Assembly: GCA_030832905.1 (NCBI GenBank)
Contig: JAURIG010000002.1
Location: 1-61,196, forward strand
DNA: 61,196 nucleotides
Origin: Bacteroidota bacterium
Lineage (GTDB): Bacteria > Bacteroidota > Bacteroidia > NS11-12g > UBA955
Direction of reading: 5' to 3'
Within the stretch, counting starts at the first letter, position 1. Every line of letters begins with the position of its first letter. This document shows positions 26,725 to 36,162 of this stretch, in pieces. Below the pieces are notes generated by a model, which worked only from the letters and a program-made list of their open reading frames with translations, did not search any database and was not told where the DNA came from. The position numbers were made by a program, and so were the translations under genes.

Positions 26725-29700
26725 TTAATAGTCTAAATGGCCGTAGTCAATTTTTTCTCCTTTGATTTTAAGGATTAACTGAAGCACTAAGACTAAGAAA
26801 GGCACATAAATTAAGGCGGTTGATAGACCAAAATGCTCAAGTACTTTGATTGATTTGCGTTTTAAACGTTCTGTAATTAAGTACATTGATGGAATCAACA
26901 ACAAGGTTAAAACAGTGGCAAACAATAATCCAAAGATCATTGTCCAACTTAATGGCCCAAAGAACATTACACTGTCTCCACCAAAATAAATTTTAGGATC
27001 TAAATGGGTAAACAAGGTTTCAAAGTTGATGTTCAAACCAACGGCTAATGGAATTAAACCCAATATAGCAGCGGTTGCTGTCAAAATTACTGGGGTCATT
27101 CTGGTTTTACCGGCCTCAACTGTGGCATCAAATAAATTGGCTCCTGAAGCTCTTGAGAATTCAGCAAATTCAACCAATAAGATACCATTTCTTACCACAA
27201 TACCACCTAAGGCCACAATACCAATACCAGTCATTACAATACTCATGTCCATTTTAAAGATAGAAACCCCTAAAATAACACCAATGATACTGAAGATGAT
27301 TTCTGATAAGATAATGACAGGTTTGCCTATTGAATTGAATAATCCAACCAATACCAATAACATTAAACCTACAGCAATCAACATGGCATTGCCCAAGAAG
27401 GCCATAGTGCTTTGCTGTTCTTCTTTATCTCCTGAGAATTTAATGCTCACATTGCCTTTGGCTTGGAATTTATCCATAATCCCTTGCACTTGATTCACTA
27501 CTTCATTAGGATTAAAGCCCTCTTTTACATCAGAAGACAAAGTAATTACACGCTTATCGTTTTTGCGTTTAATGCCTGCGTAAGTATAGTCGTATCGGAT
27601 GTTGCAAACAGATGAAATAGGAACACTTCTCACCATACCACCCATATTCATATCTCTGTAAGTGATTTTTAAGTTGCGTATGGTTTCGATGTCGCCGCGT
27701 TGGTCTGCTTGAAATCTTAATTGGATTGGATACTCATCGTCAACGTCTCTGAACTTAGAAGCTTCAGCACCATATACTGAGCCGCGAATTTCCATAGCTA
27801 ATTGGGCTGCAGAAATGCCTTCTCTCATAGCGCGTTCTCTGTCAATGTCAAAAACAATTTCAGGTTTATTGCTCACAAAGTCCGACTTCAAATTTGCAAC
27901 CCCAGGCACATTGGCATCGGTAATGAATTTCTTTAAACGATTGGCATTGTCAACCAGTTCATCGAAGTTTTCTCCCATGATTTCAATTGAAACAGGTTTA
28001 GGTGTAGGTGGTCCACTTCTTTCTTTATTGACAACAATATCAGCCGATGGAATATTCCATTTTAGGGCTTGCAATTGTTTCAAAATATCATTGGTTGAAG
28101 CACCATTACGCTTAGAAAACTCTACAAAGGCGATAGCAATTTTACCTTTGTTAGGGTAGGCGTTTTGGTCGCCATCTTGAGGATCTGTTACGCCAATAGT
28201 CACGTTACTGATCATAGACTCCACTAATGGGTTGTTTTTGCCAACTACTGTGTATACCTTGTCTTCCACTTGACGCATGACTTGATTGGTAATAGCCGGG
28301 TTAGTGCCTTCAGGCAATTTTACATACACATAAATATTGTTTGGGTCTCCATTAGGGAAGAATACCACATTGGGTTGTCTGACTTTAAACAAAGCAATCG
28401 AGGCAATGAATAGTAACAATACATAAGCTAAAGGTCTCCAAGGTTTTTTTAGGCACCATAGTAAGACTTTGGTGTAGCGCTCAATAAAGGTAGGCCAGAT
28501 TCTTTCTTGCCAAGCATCAATAAGTTTATACAACCACAAACGATTCAACAACAAGAATGCTGCTAAGAAAACAATAAAATTACCAATGCCCACATGGCCG
28601 CTGAGGTAGGCGATTAAAGCCACTACCGCATACAATACCAAACGCATTTTGGTCTTTTTATTGATTTTGCCATGGTTTTGATTTTCAACTTCTTTAGTGG
28701 TCATAAAATCAACTGCAAATACAGGGTTGATGATATAAGCCACAAACAAGGAAGCCAATAATGAAATGATCAAAGTAACGGGCAAGAAGTACATAAACTT
28801 ACCAATGATACCAGTCCAAAAAGCCAATGGAATAAATGGCGCAAGGGTAGTTATGGTTCCAGAAAGCACTGGCATAAACACCTCGCCAACAGCCATTTTT
28901 GCTGCGGTTTTAATGTCTCGTTTACCATCGCCAAATAATCTGTGTGTGTTTTCTATTACCACAATGGCATCGTCTACCACTATACCTAAGGCTAAGATAA
29001 ACGAGAACAACACAATCATGTTGAATGAAAAATCAATGCTAGGCATGATCAAGAAAGCAATAAACATCGATAATGGCACAGATAAAGCAACGAACAAGGC
29101 GTTGGTTACACCCATAAAGAACATGAGCACTAAAGTTACTAATATGAAACCAATAATGATGGTGTTAATTAGGTCATGCAACATGGTTTTGGTTTTGGTA
29201 CTTTGGTCGCCGGTTACGGAGATGTCAACTCCTTGAGGGAACTCAGTCACCTTCATGTCTTTGATGATAGCATCAATTTTTTCAGAAGCTTCAATGAGGT
29301 TTTCTCCTGAACGTTTAATGATGTTTAAGGTAATTACATTCTTGCCACTTGAACTTGAGTAACTTTCTTTTTCTTTAAAACCATCTACAACTTGAGCAAA
29401 ATCTTTTACAAATAATTTAGCGCCACTTTGAGAGCTAACCACAATGTTCTCAATTTCTTTAGGTGTTTTGAATTCGCTCTTAATGCTCAAAGTGGGCTTC
29501 ATGCCTTTAATGGGCACAGTGCCGCCTGTAATGGTTAAGTTTTCATTTGCTATTGCTCTTTGAATATCGCCAATGCTTAATTGTGCAGCTTGTAGTTTGT
29601 AGGCATCTATGTTCACCTGGATTTCACGTTCAGGCGCACCAATCATCTTAACTTCATTGATTTCGCTTAAACCTTCAATTCTATCACTTAAATCTTCTGC

Positions 29701-30189
29701 GTATTGCTTTAATTGTTTAAGGTCGTATTTGCCCGATACGTTCACATACATGATTGGAATTTCAGAGAAAGCAATCTCTTTAATCATTGGTTCACGGGTC
29801 AAAGTTGCAGGCATGTCACCGCGTGCTTCATCAACAGCATCTTTCACTTTTTGTTTGGCAACGGCTACATCAACAGTTGTATGAAACTCCACAACAATAA
29901 CAGACACGTCTTGCATTGAGGTAGAGTTGAATTTTTTAATACCAGAAATGGATTTTAAGCGCTTTTCAATGGGCTTGGTAATCGTGTTTTCTATATTGGT
30001 AGGAGAGTTACCGCCATTAACTGTGCTGATGTAAATGGTTGGAACTGTAATGTCTGGGAAGTTCTCTTTTGGTAAAGCCTTATAGGCCATTATACCAGTT
30101 ATGGTCAAGATGATGGTGATCAAGTAAATCGTGATCTTATTATCTATGGCCCAACTAGAGGGTTTGAATTCTTTGAATGGATGATTCAT
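26725..30189 (-). CDS. efflux RND transporter permease subunit
   Basis: 1154 aa with two large periplasmic loops and 12+ TM helices. TM4 carries LALGIVVDDAIVVIEN. Confidence 0.9.
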   Translation of the reverse strand: MNHPFKEFKPSSWAIDNKITIYLITIILTITGIMAYKALPKENFPDITVPTIYISTVNGGNSPTNIENTITKPIEKRLKSISGIKKFNSTSMQDVSVIVVEFHTTVDVAVAKQKVKDAVDEARGDMPATLTREPMIKEIAFSEIPIMYVNVSGKYDLKQLKQYAEDLSDRIEGLSEINEVKMIGAPEREIQVNIDAYKLQAAQLSIGDIQRAIANENLTITGGTVPIKGMKPTLSIKSEFKTPKEIENIVVSSQSGAKLFVKDFAQVVDGFKEKESYSSSSGKNVITLNIIKRSGENLIEASEKIDAIIKDMKVTEFPQGVDISVTGDQSTKTKTMLHDLINTIIIGFILVTLVLMFFMGVTNALFVALSVPLSMFIAFLIMPSIDFSFNMIVLFSFILALGIVVDDAIVVIENTHRLFGDGKRDIKTAAKMAVGEVFMPVLSGTITTLAPFIPLAFWTGIIGKFMYFLPVTLIISLLASLFVAYIINPVFAVDFMTTKEVENQNHGKINKKTKMRLVLYAVVALIAYLSGHVGIGNFIVFLAAFLLLNRLWLYKLIDAWQERIWPTFIERYTKVLLWCLKKPWRPLAYVLLLFIASIALFKVRQPNVVFFPNGDPNNIYVYVKLPEGTNPAITNQVMRQVEDKVYTVVGKNNPLVESMISNVTIGVTDPQDGDQNAYPNKGKIAIAFVEFSKRNGASTNDILKQLQALKWNIPSADIVVNKERSGPPTPKPVSIEIMGENFDELVDNANRLKKFITDANVPGVANLKSDFVSNKPEIVFDIDRERAMREGISAAQLAMEIRGSVYGAEASKFRDVDDEYPIQLRFQADQRGDIETIRNLKITYRDMNMGGMVRSVPISSVCNIRYDYTYAGIKRKNDKRVITLSSDVKEGFNPNEVVNQVQGIMDKFQAKGNVSIKFSGDKEEQQSTMAFLGNAMLIAVGLMLLVLVGLFNSIGKPVIILSEIIFSIIGVILGVSIFKMDMSIVMTGIGIVALGGIVVRNGILLVEFAEFSRASGANLFDATVEAGKTRMTPVILTATAAILGLIPLAVGLNINFETLFTHLDPKIYFGGDSVMFFGPLSWTMIFGLLFATVLTLLLIPSMYLITERLKRKSIKVLEHFGLSTALIYVPFLVLVLQLILKIKGEKIDYGHLDY

Positions 30190-30218
30190 GCTTTTGAGTC
30201 AATATTTGTTTACTTGAT

Positions 30219-31346
30219 TTATTTTAAACTGATAGGGTCGCCATCGTTTATTAAGTCATACCCTTCAATGATGAGTAGATCTCCTTCTGCAATACCATTT
30301 TCAGTACCTGAAATGATTTCAGCTAAACCATTGTATTCTTTGCCTATCGTCACTGTTTTCTTAACGGCTTTGCCATCCTTCGCAATTAAAACATAACTTT
30401 CTTCAACCCCTTTTTGTATGTATTTAACTGGAATAACCATGCTTGGTTTGGTAGATATATAATCTTTGATTTTCAACCTAGCCACCATGTTTGGTCTTAG
30501 GTTTTTATTGTTTTGCAAAGGCACTTCAACAGTGAAAGTTCTTGTCAATGGATTGATTGATTTTGAAGCGTAACTTACTTTAGCCTGAATAGAATCGTTG
30601 ATGTCTGGGAAGAAGATTTGAACTGTATTACCCTCTTTAATTCGGTTGGAATAGGTTTCAGCCAATTCAGCTTTTACTTTTAAATGAGAGAAGTTAACCA
30701 CATTGATGGCAGCCAATCCTGGTGCTACAGTTTGACCCACTTTTACATTGACCGCATCTACCGTACCGTTAATAGGTGAAATGATTTTAGTCATTCTGAT
30801 TTGCTCACGCATTAAACCAACCTTTTTCTCTAAGCTTAATTTGTTGGTTTTAGCTTGTAAATATTGCAATTCTGTACCTATGTTTTGGTTCCATAAATTT
30901 TGTTGTTTAATGAAAATTTGAGTTACTAAATTTAAATTGGTTTCTAAATCTGACAATTGTTGCATCATAGTGCTCGCATCGGTTTCAGCTAATACTTGAC
31001 CTTTGCTTACCTCATCTCCAGGTTTTACTCTAATTTGAGTGATCATGCCGGGCATTTGAGAAGATACTGCAACAGATTGGTCAGCATCTACCTTGCCTTG
31101 AATGTCAATATAGGTTTCAAACGTGCTGCTAGCAATCGCTTGTGTTTTGATCTCAACGGCCTCAATGCTGGTCTTTTTGCTGGTATCTAATTTGGCAATT
31201 TCAAGTTCAAGCGCTTTGATTTTTTCTTGAAGTTTGCTTTGTTCTTTTTTAAGTTCATCAAGCGATTTCTTCTTTGATTCTAAAGAATTAGCATTGCAAG
31301 CAACCAATAAAATGGTTATGAACGTAATGTGGATGATGGTCTTCAT
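30219..31346 (-). CDS. efflux RND periplasmic adaptor (membrane fusion protein), lipoprotein
   Basis: Lipobox ILLVAC, coiled-coil hairpin, and barrel-sandwich / beta-barrel motifs (GQVLAETD, VNVKVGQTV). Confidence 0.85.
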   Translation of the reverse strand: MKTIIHITFITILLVACNANSLESKKKSLDELKKEQSKLQEKIKALELEIAKLDTSKKTSIEAVEIKTQAIASSTFETYIDIQGKVDADQSVAVSSQMPGMITQIRVKPGDEVSKGQVLAETDASTMMQQLSDLETNLNLVTQIFIKQQNLWNQNIGTELQYLQAKTNKLSLEKKVGLMREQIRMTKIISPINGTVDAVNVKVGQTVAPGLAAINVVNFSHLKVKAELAETYSNRIKEGNTVQIFFPDINDSIQAKVSYASKSINPLTRTFTVEVPLQNNKNLRPNMVARLKIKDYISTKPSMVIPVKYIQKGVEESYVLIAKDGKAVKKTVTIGKEYNGLAEIISGTENGIAEGDLLIIEGYDLINDGDPISLK

Positions 31347-31373
31347 GTGAAGTGTATTTGAAAAGGGTTATGG

Positions 31374-32714
31374 TTATAATTTGATGGTTTGTCCTATGGC
31401 TACTTGGTAATCTATTTTAGCGACCAATAAATCGTATACGGCGCTTAAATAATTGGTTTGAGTGGTTTTGAGTTCTTGTGAAGCGGTTATCAATTCTAAA
31501 TTGCTGCCCACACCTTCATTGTATTTAATAGTGGTGGTATTGAGTATTTTATTCGCTAAATCAAGGTTTTCTTTTTGTTGCATCACATAATCCATGGCTC
31601 TGAAATATTTCAATTGAGTTTGTTTGGCTTCCAATTGTATCATGTTTTCAACCTTGTTAATGGTAGTCTCAGTTTTTAACTGTTGTATTTTTGCTTTTTG
31701 AATTTTAGCATCATTGCTAAAGCCTGAAAATAAAGGCACATTCATTTGCATGGCCAAGAAGTAGTTGTTATACCATTTGCTGTAATCTAGCGTTTCGCCA
31801 AAGTTACTTTGTTGGTAAGTAAAAGCACCTGCAAGGTTTGGTAACTTGCCATATTGATAGCGTTTAACATCCATCTTATTGAGCACCAATTGTTGTTGTA
31901 AAATCTGAAAATCAGTTCTAGCTTTAAAGTTAACTTGAGTGCTGGTATCTTGAATGGCAAAACGGTTATTGAGCTCGTCAATTTTATCAGTCAAATCAAT
32001 GTTTTGATTAGGATCCATCCCCATTTTAATTTTCAGCAAACCCATTACAATTTGCAGTTGGTCATTCAGTTTTTGGCGGGTTATACTGATGTTGTTGAGT
32101 TGAAGTTTTAAGCGGTCTACATCAAGGGCTTCTGTAAAACCTTCTTTGTTCATTGCCTTTACTTGGTTGTAAGTTTTTTCAATGGTGTTGTAAGAGGTGT
32201 TCAGCAAGTTTACATTCTCTTTTGCAATGAGCACTGTTAAATAGGTTTTGGCCACATCAATTTTTACATCGGTTTCTGTTTTGCTTGCCAATCTTCTTGA
32301 TAAATCTGTAAATTGTTTAGCTGCTTTAAGTCCTAAGAAATAGGTACCATCTAGTAATAACCAAGTGGCATTAATAGAGGCCTGAGTAGTGTACTTGTTA
32401 CCAACTCTAATTGGCGTTGCAATCCCATTGATAGGGAAAACGAACACTTGTTTTTGAATAGCGTCTTGAAAACCAATTTGTCCTTTAATTTGAGGAATTC
32501 CTATAGATTGAACCTCCTTCACTGTTTGATTGGCAATGGCTAAATCTGCATAGGCATTTTTTAAATCAGGATTGTGGGTAATGGCATATTCAACTGCGGC
32601 AGATAAAGACATTTTAAGGGTGTCTTGTGCTTTTGTTTGTGCCATAGCTGAAAAGCTAAACTGCATAACGATGATTACCAGAGTGCTTTTGTACATATTG
32701 TTTAATTGTAACAT
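31374..32714 (-). CDS. TolC family outer-membrane efflux protein
   Basis: Two OEP repeats, signal peptide ...FSAMA|QTK, 446 aa, in operon order TetR-TolC-MFP-RND. Confidence 0.85.
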   Translation of the reverse strand: MLQLNNMYKSTLVIIVMQFSFSAMAQTKAQDTLKMSLSAAVEYAITHNPDLKNAYADLAIANQTVKEVQSIGIPQIKGQIGFQDAIQKQVFVFPINGIATPIRVGNKYTTQASINATWLLLDGTYFLGLKAAKQFTDLSRRLASKTETDVKIDVAKTYLTVLIAKENVNLLNTSYNTIEKTYNQVKAMNKEGFTEALDVDRLKLQLNNISITRQKLNDQLQIVMGLLKIKMGMDPNQNIDLTDKIDELNNRFAIQDTSTQVNFKARTDFQILQQQLVLNKMDVKRYQYGKLPNLAGAFTYQQSNFGETLDYSKWYNNYFLAMQMNVPLFSGFSNDAKIQKAKIQQLKTETTINKVENMIQLEAKQTQLKYFRAMDYVMQQKENLDLANKILNTTTIKYNEGVGSNLELITASQELKTTQTNYLSAVYDLLVAKIDYQVAIGQTIKL

Positions 32715-32722
32715 ATAGTATA

Positions 32723-33331
32723 CTATGAAAATTGTATTAAATCAGGGTGGGCATTGATGAATTCTAATCCTTTAGGCGTACACAAAGAGTGCATATTATA
32801 ACGCACCAATTCAGCATACTTACTGGCAAATGGCATTTTGCTCAATAATTGGTGTTCACTTGATACACATTCCATTACCAAGGCAATGTAAAAACCTGCG
32901 GTTATTTCAACATTGATGTTTTGTCTGTACAAGCCTTGTTGTATGCCTAAGTTAAGGTTTTTAACGACTTGGTTTTGTATAGCATTTTCTTTGTGATAAG
33001 TAAAGAATTGATAGGTTTCTGTGTGGTATTTTTTGAGGTCAAATAAGGCCCCAGGATTGACTTCTTGGTGCATATCATTCATCATTTTGGCAATTTTTAA
33101 CATTTGCAAAATGGCATTGTTTTCTGATGTAAACACTTGCTCGCACAAAGCATCCATTTCTGTTAAATGGTGGGTTATGGTTTGTTTGACCAAGTCATTT
33201 TTATCGTCAACGCATTGATAGAGCGTTTTTTTAGACATACCCAAAGCTTTGGCAACATCATCCATGGTGATGCTTTTAATGCCATATTGCATAAACAATT
33301 CTTCAGCTTTAGCTAGGATCTTTTGACGCAT
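32723..33331 (-). CDS. TetR/AcrR family transcriptional regulator of the efflux operon
   Basis: HTH: MRQKILAKAEELFMQYGIKSITMDDVAKALGMSKKTLYQCV. Start taken at ATG 33331. Confidence 0.8.
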   Translation of the reverse strand: MRQKILAKAEELFMQYGIKSITMDDVAKALGMSKKTLYQCVDDKNDLVKQTITHHLTEMDALCEQVFTSENNAILQMLKIAKMMNDMHQEVNPGALFDLKKYHTETYQFFTYHKENAIQNQVVKNLNLGIQQGLYRQNINVEITAGFYIALVMECVSSEHQLLSKMPFASKYAELVRYNMHSLCTPKGLEFINAHPDLIQFS

Positions 33332-33368
33332 GCTTGTAAAAGTTGCCGCGAAATAAATTAAAAAAACC

Positions 33369-33400
33369 ATGGAAACAAAAAATATATCCAAAGTTTCCAT
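33369..33400. promoter_or_regulatory. 8-bp perfect inverted repeat ATGGAAAC-N16-GTTTCCAT (candidate TetR operator or leader hairpin)
   Basis: Read directly from the sequence. It lies 38-69 nt upstream of the TetR ATG, in the divergent TetR/apaG intergenic region. Confidence 0.25.
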
Positions 33401-33537
33401 CAAATCTGTTAAAACAAATGTTTTTGACGATAAATTAGGTCGTTTGTGAATTTTACATCAACCAAAACATTTCCATAAATTAATAACACATGTAATTACT
33501 GCCTCTAATTCCTTTATTATTGTGTCAATTAATACCC

Positions 33538-33924
33538 ATGGCCATTAAAATTTCAAACAGCGTTAAAATTGAAGTGCGTCCTAAGTTCAATGAATTGCAA
33601 AGCGATATTGAGCAAAACGAATTCTTTTTCACCTATTATGTCCACATCTCTAATTTGGGCAATGAAACCATCCAGCTCATGCAAAGACAATGGGATATAG
33701 TTGACAGTGTTGGAGAACACAAATGTGTAAAAGGTGAGGGTGTTGTTGGTGAACAGCCTGTTTTGTTTCCAGGAGATACCTATGAGTATTATTCTGGATG
33801 TTTATTAAAAACTGGTTTTGGCAAAATGTCTGGCGCCTATGTTTTCAAAGTCCTTCAATCTGGTGCCTTATTCGAATCTGAGATTCCTGAATTTACTTTG
33901 CAATTACCATGGGTCTTAAATTAA
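33538..33924 (+). CDS. apaG: ApaG (DUF525) protein
   Basis: 128 aa with FFFTYYVHISN and VVGEQPVLFPGDTYEYYSG, typical of ApaG. Confidence 0.8.
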   Translation: MAIKISNSVKIEVRPKFNELQSDIEQNEFFFTYYVHISNLGNETIQLMQRQWDIVDSVGEHKCVKGEGVVGEQPVLFPGDTYEYYSGCLLKTGFGKMSGAYVFKVLQSGALFESEIPEFTLQLPWVLN

Positions 33925-34907
33925 TGTCTCCTATACAATGTCTATTGATAGTGCTGCTTTTTGGCTTCAGTGCTTGTCAACCCAAGAATCAATCCAATGG
34001 TACATCAAATACTAACACTGATTCATCAATAAATTTAGCAGCGCAACGTCCAGTTTTCAACGCTGATTCAGCCTATTTAAGGGTTAAAGCACAAGTGGAT
34101 TTTGGACCTCGCGTTCCAGGTACAACGGGTCATTCTGCTTGTTACAACTATATCAGTAATACGCTGGCTGCATTGGCAGATACCATGTATTATCAAAATA
34201 CCACGGCTATTACTTTTGATAAAAAAGTCATTCCTGTTAAAAACATCATTGCCAGTTTTAATCCCAAAGCAGAGCGCAGAATACTCTTATGTGCCCATTG
34301 GGATACACGTCCATTTGCTGATCAAGACCAAGTGGATCAAGACAAGCCAATCCTAGGCGCTAATGATGGCGCAAGCGGGGTTGGAGTTCTGTTAGAAATT
34401 GCCAGGTTGCTTCGCGCTCAACCTTTGGCAATTGGGGTCGATATTGTTTGTTTTGATGCAGAAGATTGGGGTGATAATTCAGGTAAAATTGAAAACAGTT
34501 ATTGTTTAGGTTCTCAGTATTGGGCTAGAAATTTACATCAACCTAATTACAAAGCAGAATTTGGTATTTTACTCGATATGGTTGGGGCGCCTAATGCGAT
34601 TTTTGGCTTTGAGGGATTCAGTTTGTCATCTGCACAGAATATTGTTTCTAAAGTTTGGGGAGCTGCTGATGCCGCTGGCTATCAGCAATACTTCAGACAT
34701 TTTGAACGCGGTTATGTTACCGATGATCATTATTACGTGATGAAATTTGCGCAATTTCCTGTGATTGATATTATTGATTCAGATCCTAATACCAATAGTC
34801 ATTTTGGTAAATACTGGCATACCCATCAAGACAACATGAATGCCATAGACCGCAATACTCTAAAAGCGGTAGGTCAGACTGTGATCAATGTGCTTTACGG
34901 TTTATAA
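33924..34907 (+). CDS. M28-fold glutaminyl-peptide cyclotransferase (glutaminyl cyclase), lipoprotein
   Basis: Lipobox LFGFSAC. The metal and catalytic segments CAHWDTRP, FDAEDWG and WHTHQDNMNAID parallel type II (animal-type) QC as found in Porphyromonas. TAATG overlap with apaG. Confidence 0.6.
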   Translation: MSPIQCLLIVLLFGFSACQPKNQSNGTSNTNTDSSINLAAQRPVFNADSAYLRVKAQVDFGPRVPGTTGHSACYNYISNTLAALADTMYYQNTTAITFDKKVIPVKNIIASFNPKAERRILLCAHWDTRPFADQDQVDQDKPILGANDGASGVGVLLEIARLLRAQPLAIGVDIVCFDAEDWGDNSGKIENSYCLGSQYWARNLHQPNYKAEFGILLDMVGAPNAIFGFEGFSLSSAQNIVSKVWGAADAAGYQQYFRHFERGYVTDDHYYVMKFAQFPVIDIIDSDPNTNSHFGKYWHTHQDNMNAIDRNTLKAVGQTVINVLYGL

Positions 34908-35770
34908 TCTTTGGCTAATTGTGGTAAGCCGCCTGTGTGTATACACAAGATTTTATCTGTGGTTTTAAATTGGCCTTTCTGGATTAAGTCCATAACTGCC
35001 ATAAACATTTTGCCCGTATATACATGTTCTAGTTGTATGCCACTTTTGCTTTTGAACCAATCCATAAAAGCTAAAAGTTCAGGGTCAGATTGGGCATATT
35101 TGCCTCTGTGATAATCATGTAAGATTTGCCAATGTTTTTGAGGATACTCCTGAAGTTGTCTGTCAAGGTCAAAATTGTTTTTTAAACTGCTAATGCCAAT
35201 GACTTTACTGGGCAATTGTCTTTCAATACAGCCTTGAACAAGCCCTTCAATAGTGGTGCCAGTGCCAACTGATAACACAATGTAGTCATAGTTTTTTTTT
35301 AGTTCGTCAAGTAGTTTAGAGCAGCCAATAAATGCTTTGGGGTGCCTGCCGCCCTCGTCCACCATAATGGCATCGGGCACAGCTCCAAAATAGTGTTCAA
35401 ACAGCGCTTGCTTTTGTCTGTATTGGCTTCTGTTGACATGAATCAATTGCATGCCGTGGTCTTGGCAACAGAGCTCATATGCATTTGAATCTCTAATTTC
35501 GTCGCCTCTAACAAAGCCTGTGGTTGGTATGCCCAATAATTTGCCAGCTACAGCGGTGGCCACTAAATGGTTACTGAATGCCCCACCAAAAGTAACTATA
35601 TGTGCTTGTTCAAGGGTTTTAGCCCATTCAATTATACCACTTAATTTGCGCCATTTGTTGCCTGTAATTAATGGATGAATGAGGTCATCTCTTAACACAT
35701 CTATATCATAACCTTGGCTGATGGCATAGGGAAGGGCTTCGATTTTAGATGGTTTTAGATCTGGATGCAC
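34895..35770 (-). CDS. PLP-dependent 1-aminocyclopropane-1-carboxylate deaminase / D-cysteine desulfhydrase family protein
   Basis: GNKWRKL (PLP lysine) and GGAFSNH. GTG start. The 3' end overlaps the QC gene by 13 nt. Confidence 0.65.
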   Translation of the reverse strand: MHPDLKPSKIEALPYAISQGYDIDVLRDDLIHPLITGNKWRKLSGIIEWAKTLEQAHIVTFGGAFSNHLVATAVAGKLLGIPTTGFVRGDEIRDSNAYELCCQDHGMQLIHVNRSQYRQKQALFEHYFGAVPDAIMVDEGGRHPKAFIGCSKLLDELKKNYDYIVLSVGTGTTIEGLVQGCIERQLPSKVIGISSLKNNFDLDRQLQEYPQKHWQILHDYHRGKYAQSDPELLAFMDWFKSKSGIQLEHVYTGKMFMAVMDLIQKGQFKTTDKILCIHTGGLPQLAKDYKP

Positions 35771-35774
35771 GTTT

Positions 35775-35782
35775 CAAAATTA
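35775..35782 (-). promoter_or_regulatory. Bacteroidota -7 promoter box (TAATTTTG), 4 nt upstream of GTG 35770
   Basis: Exact TAnnTTTG on the minus strand (forward CAAAATTA). Confidence 0.35.
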
Positions 35783-35856
35783 CTGGCTTATGGCTGTTAT
35801 TACAAAAATAGCATTTGAATTTGTCTGCTATTGAAATTTTAACTTGGTTTGCAAGT

Positions 35857-36162
35857 ATGATCATTTATAACGTGACTTGCAATATTCCAGAGACCATTGA
35901 AATAGAATGGGTGCACTGGATGAAACACGAACACATACCTGAAGTTATTGCGACAGAAAAATTTACAGGGTTTAAAATGCTTAAGCTCTTAACCAATGTA
36001 CAAGACAATGAGGGGGTAAATTATGCTATCCAATATTTTTGCCATAGCATAGATGATTATAATGCTTATGCTGAGTTGTACGCACCAGCTTTAAAAGCTA
36101 AAACTTATGCCAAATATGGCGATCAAGTTTTAGCCTTTAGAACGCTATTAGAAGAGGTTTGA
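35857..36162 (+). CDS. DUF4286 family protein
   Basis: MIIYNVTCNIPETIEIEWVHWMKHEHIPEV matches the DUF4286 N-terminus as I recall it. Start taken at ATG 35857. Confidence 0.55.
   Translation: MIIYNVTCNIPETIEIEWVHWMKHEHIPEVIATEKFTGFKMLKLLTNVQDNEGVNYAIQYFCHSIDDYNAYAELYAPALKAKTYAKYGDQVLAFRTLLEEV

Noticed and set aside
27026-29236. Several 90-156-aa plus-strand ORFs antisense to the RND pump. Similar shadow ORFs lie opposite rodA (7080-7466), rlmD (14258-14671), sucB (42437-43108) and pyk (49166-49892).
   Set aside because: These are typical shadow ORFs opposite long genes in AT-rich DNA. Their hydrophobic or low-complexity translations have no recognisable motifs.
33411-33424. An AT-rich palindrome AAAACA-AA-TGTTTT in the TetR/apaG intergenic region, considered as an operator.
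   Set aside because: It consists almost entirely of A/T runs, which occur readily by chance in this composition. The 8-bp GC-containing repeat at 33369-33400 is the better candidate.
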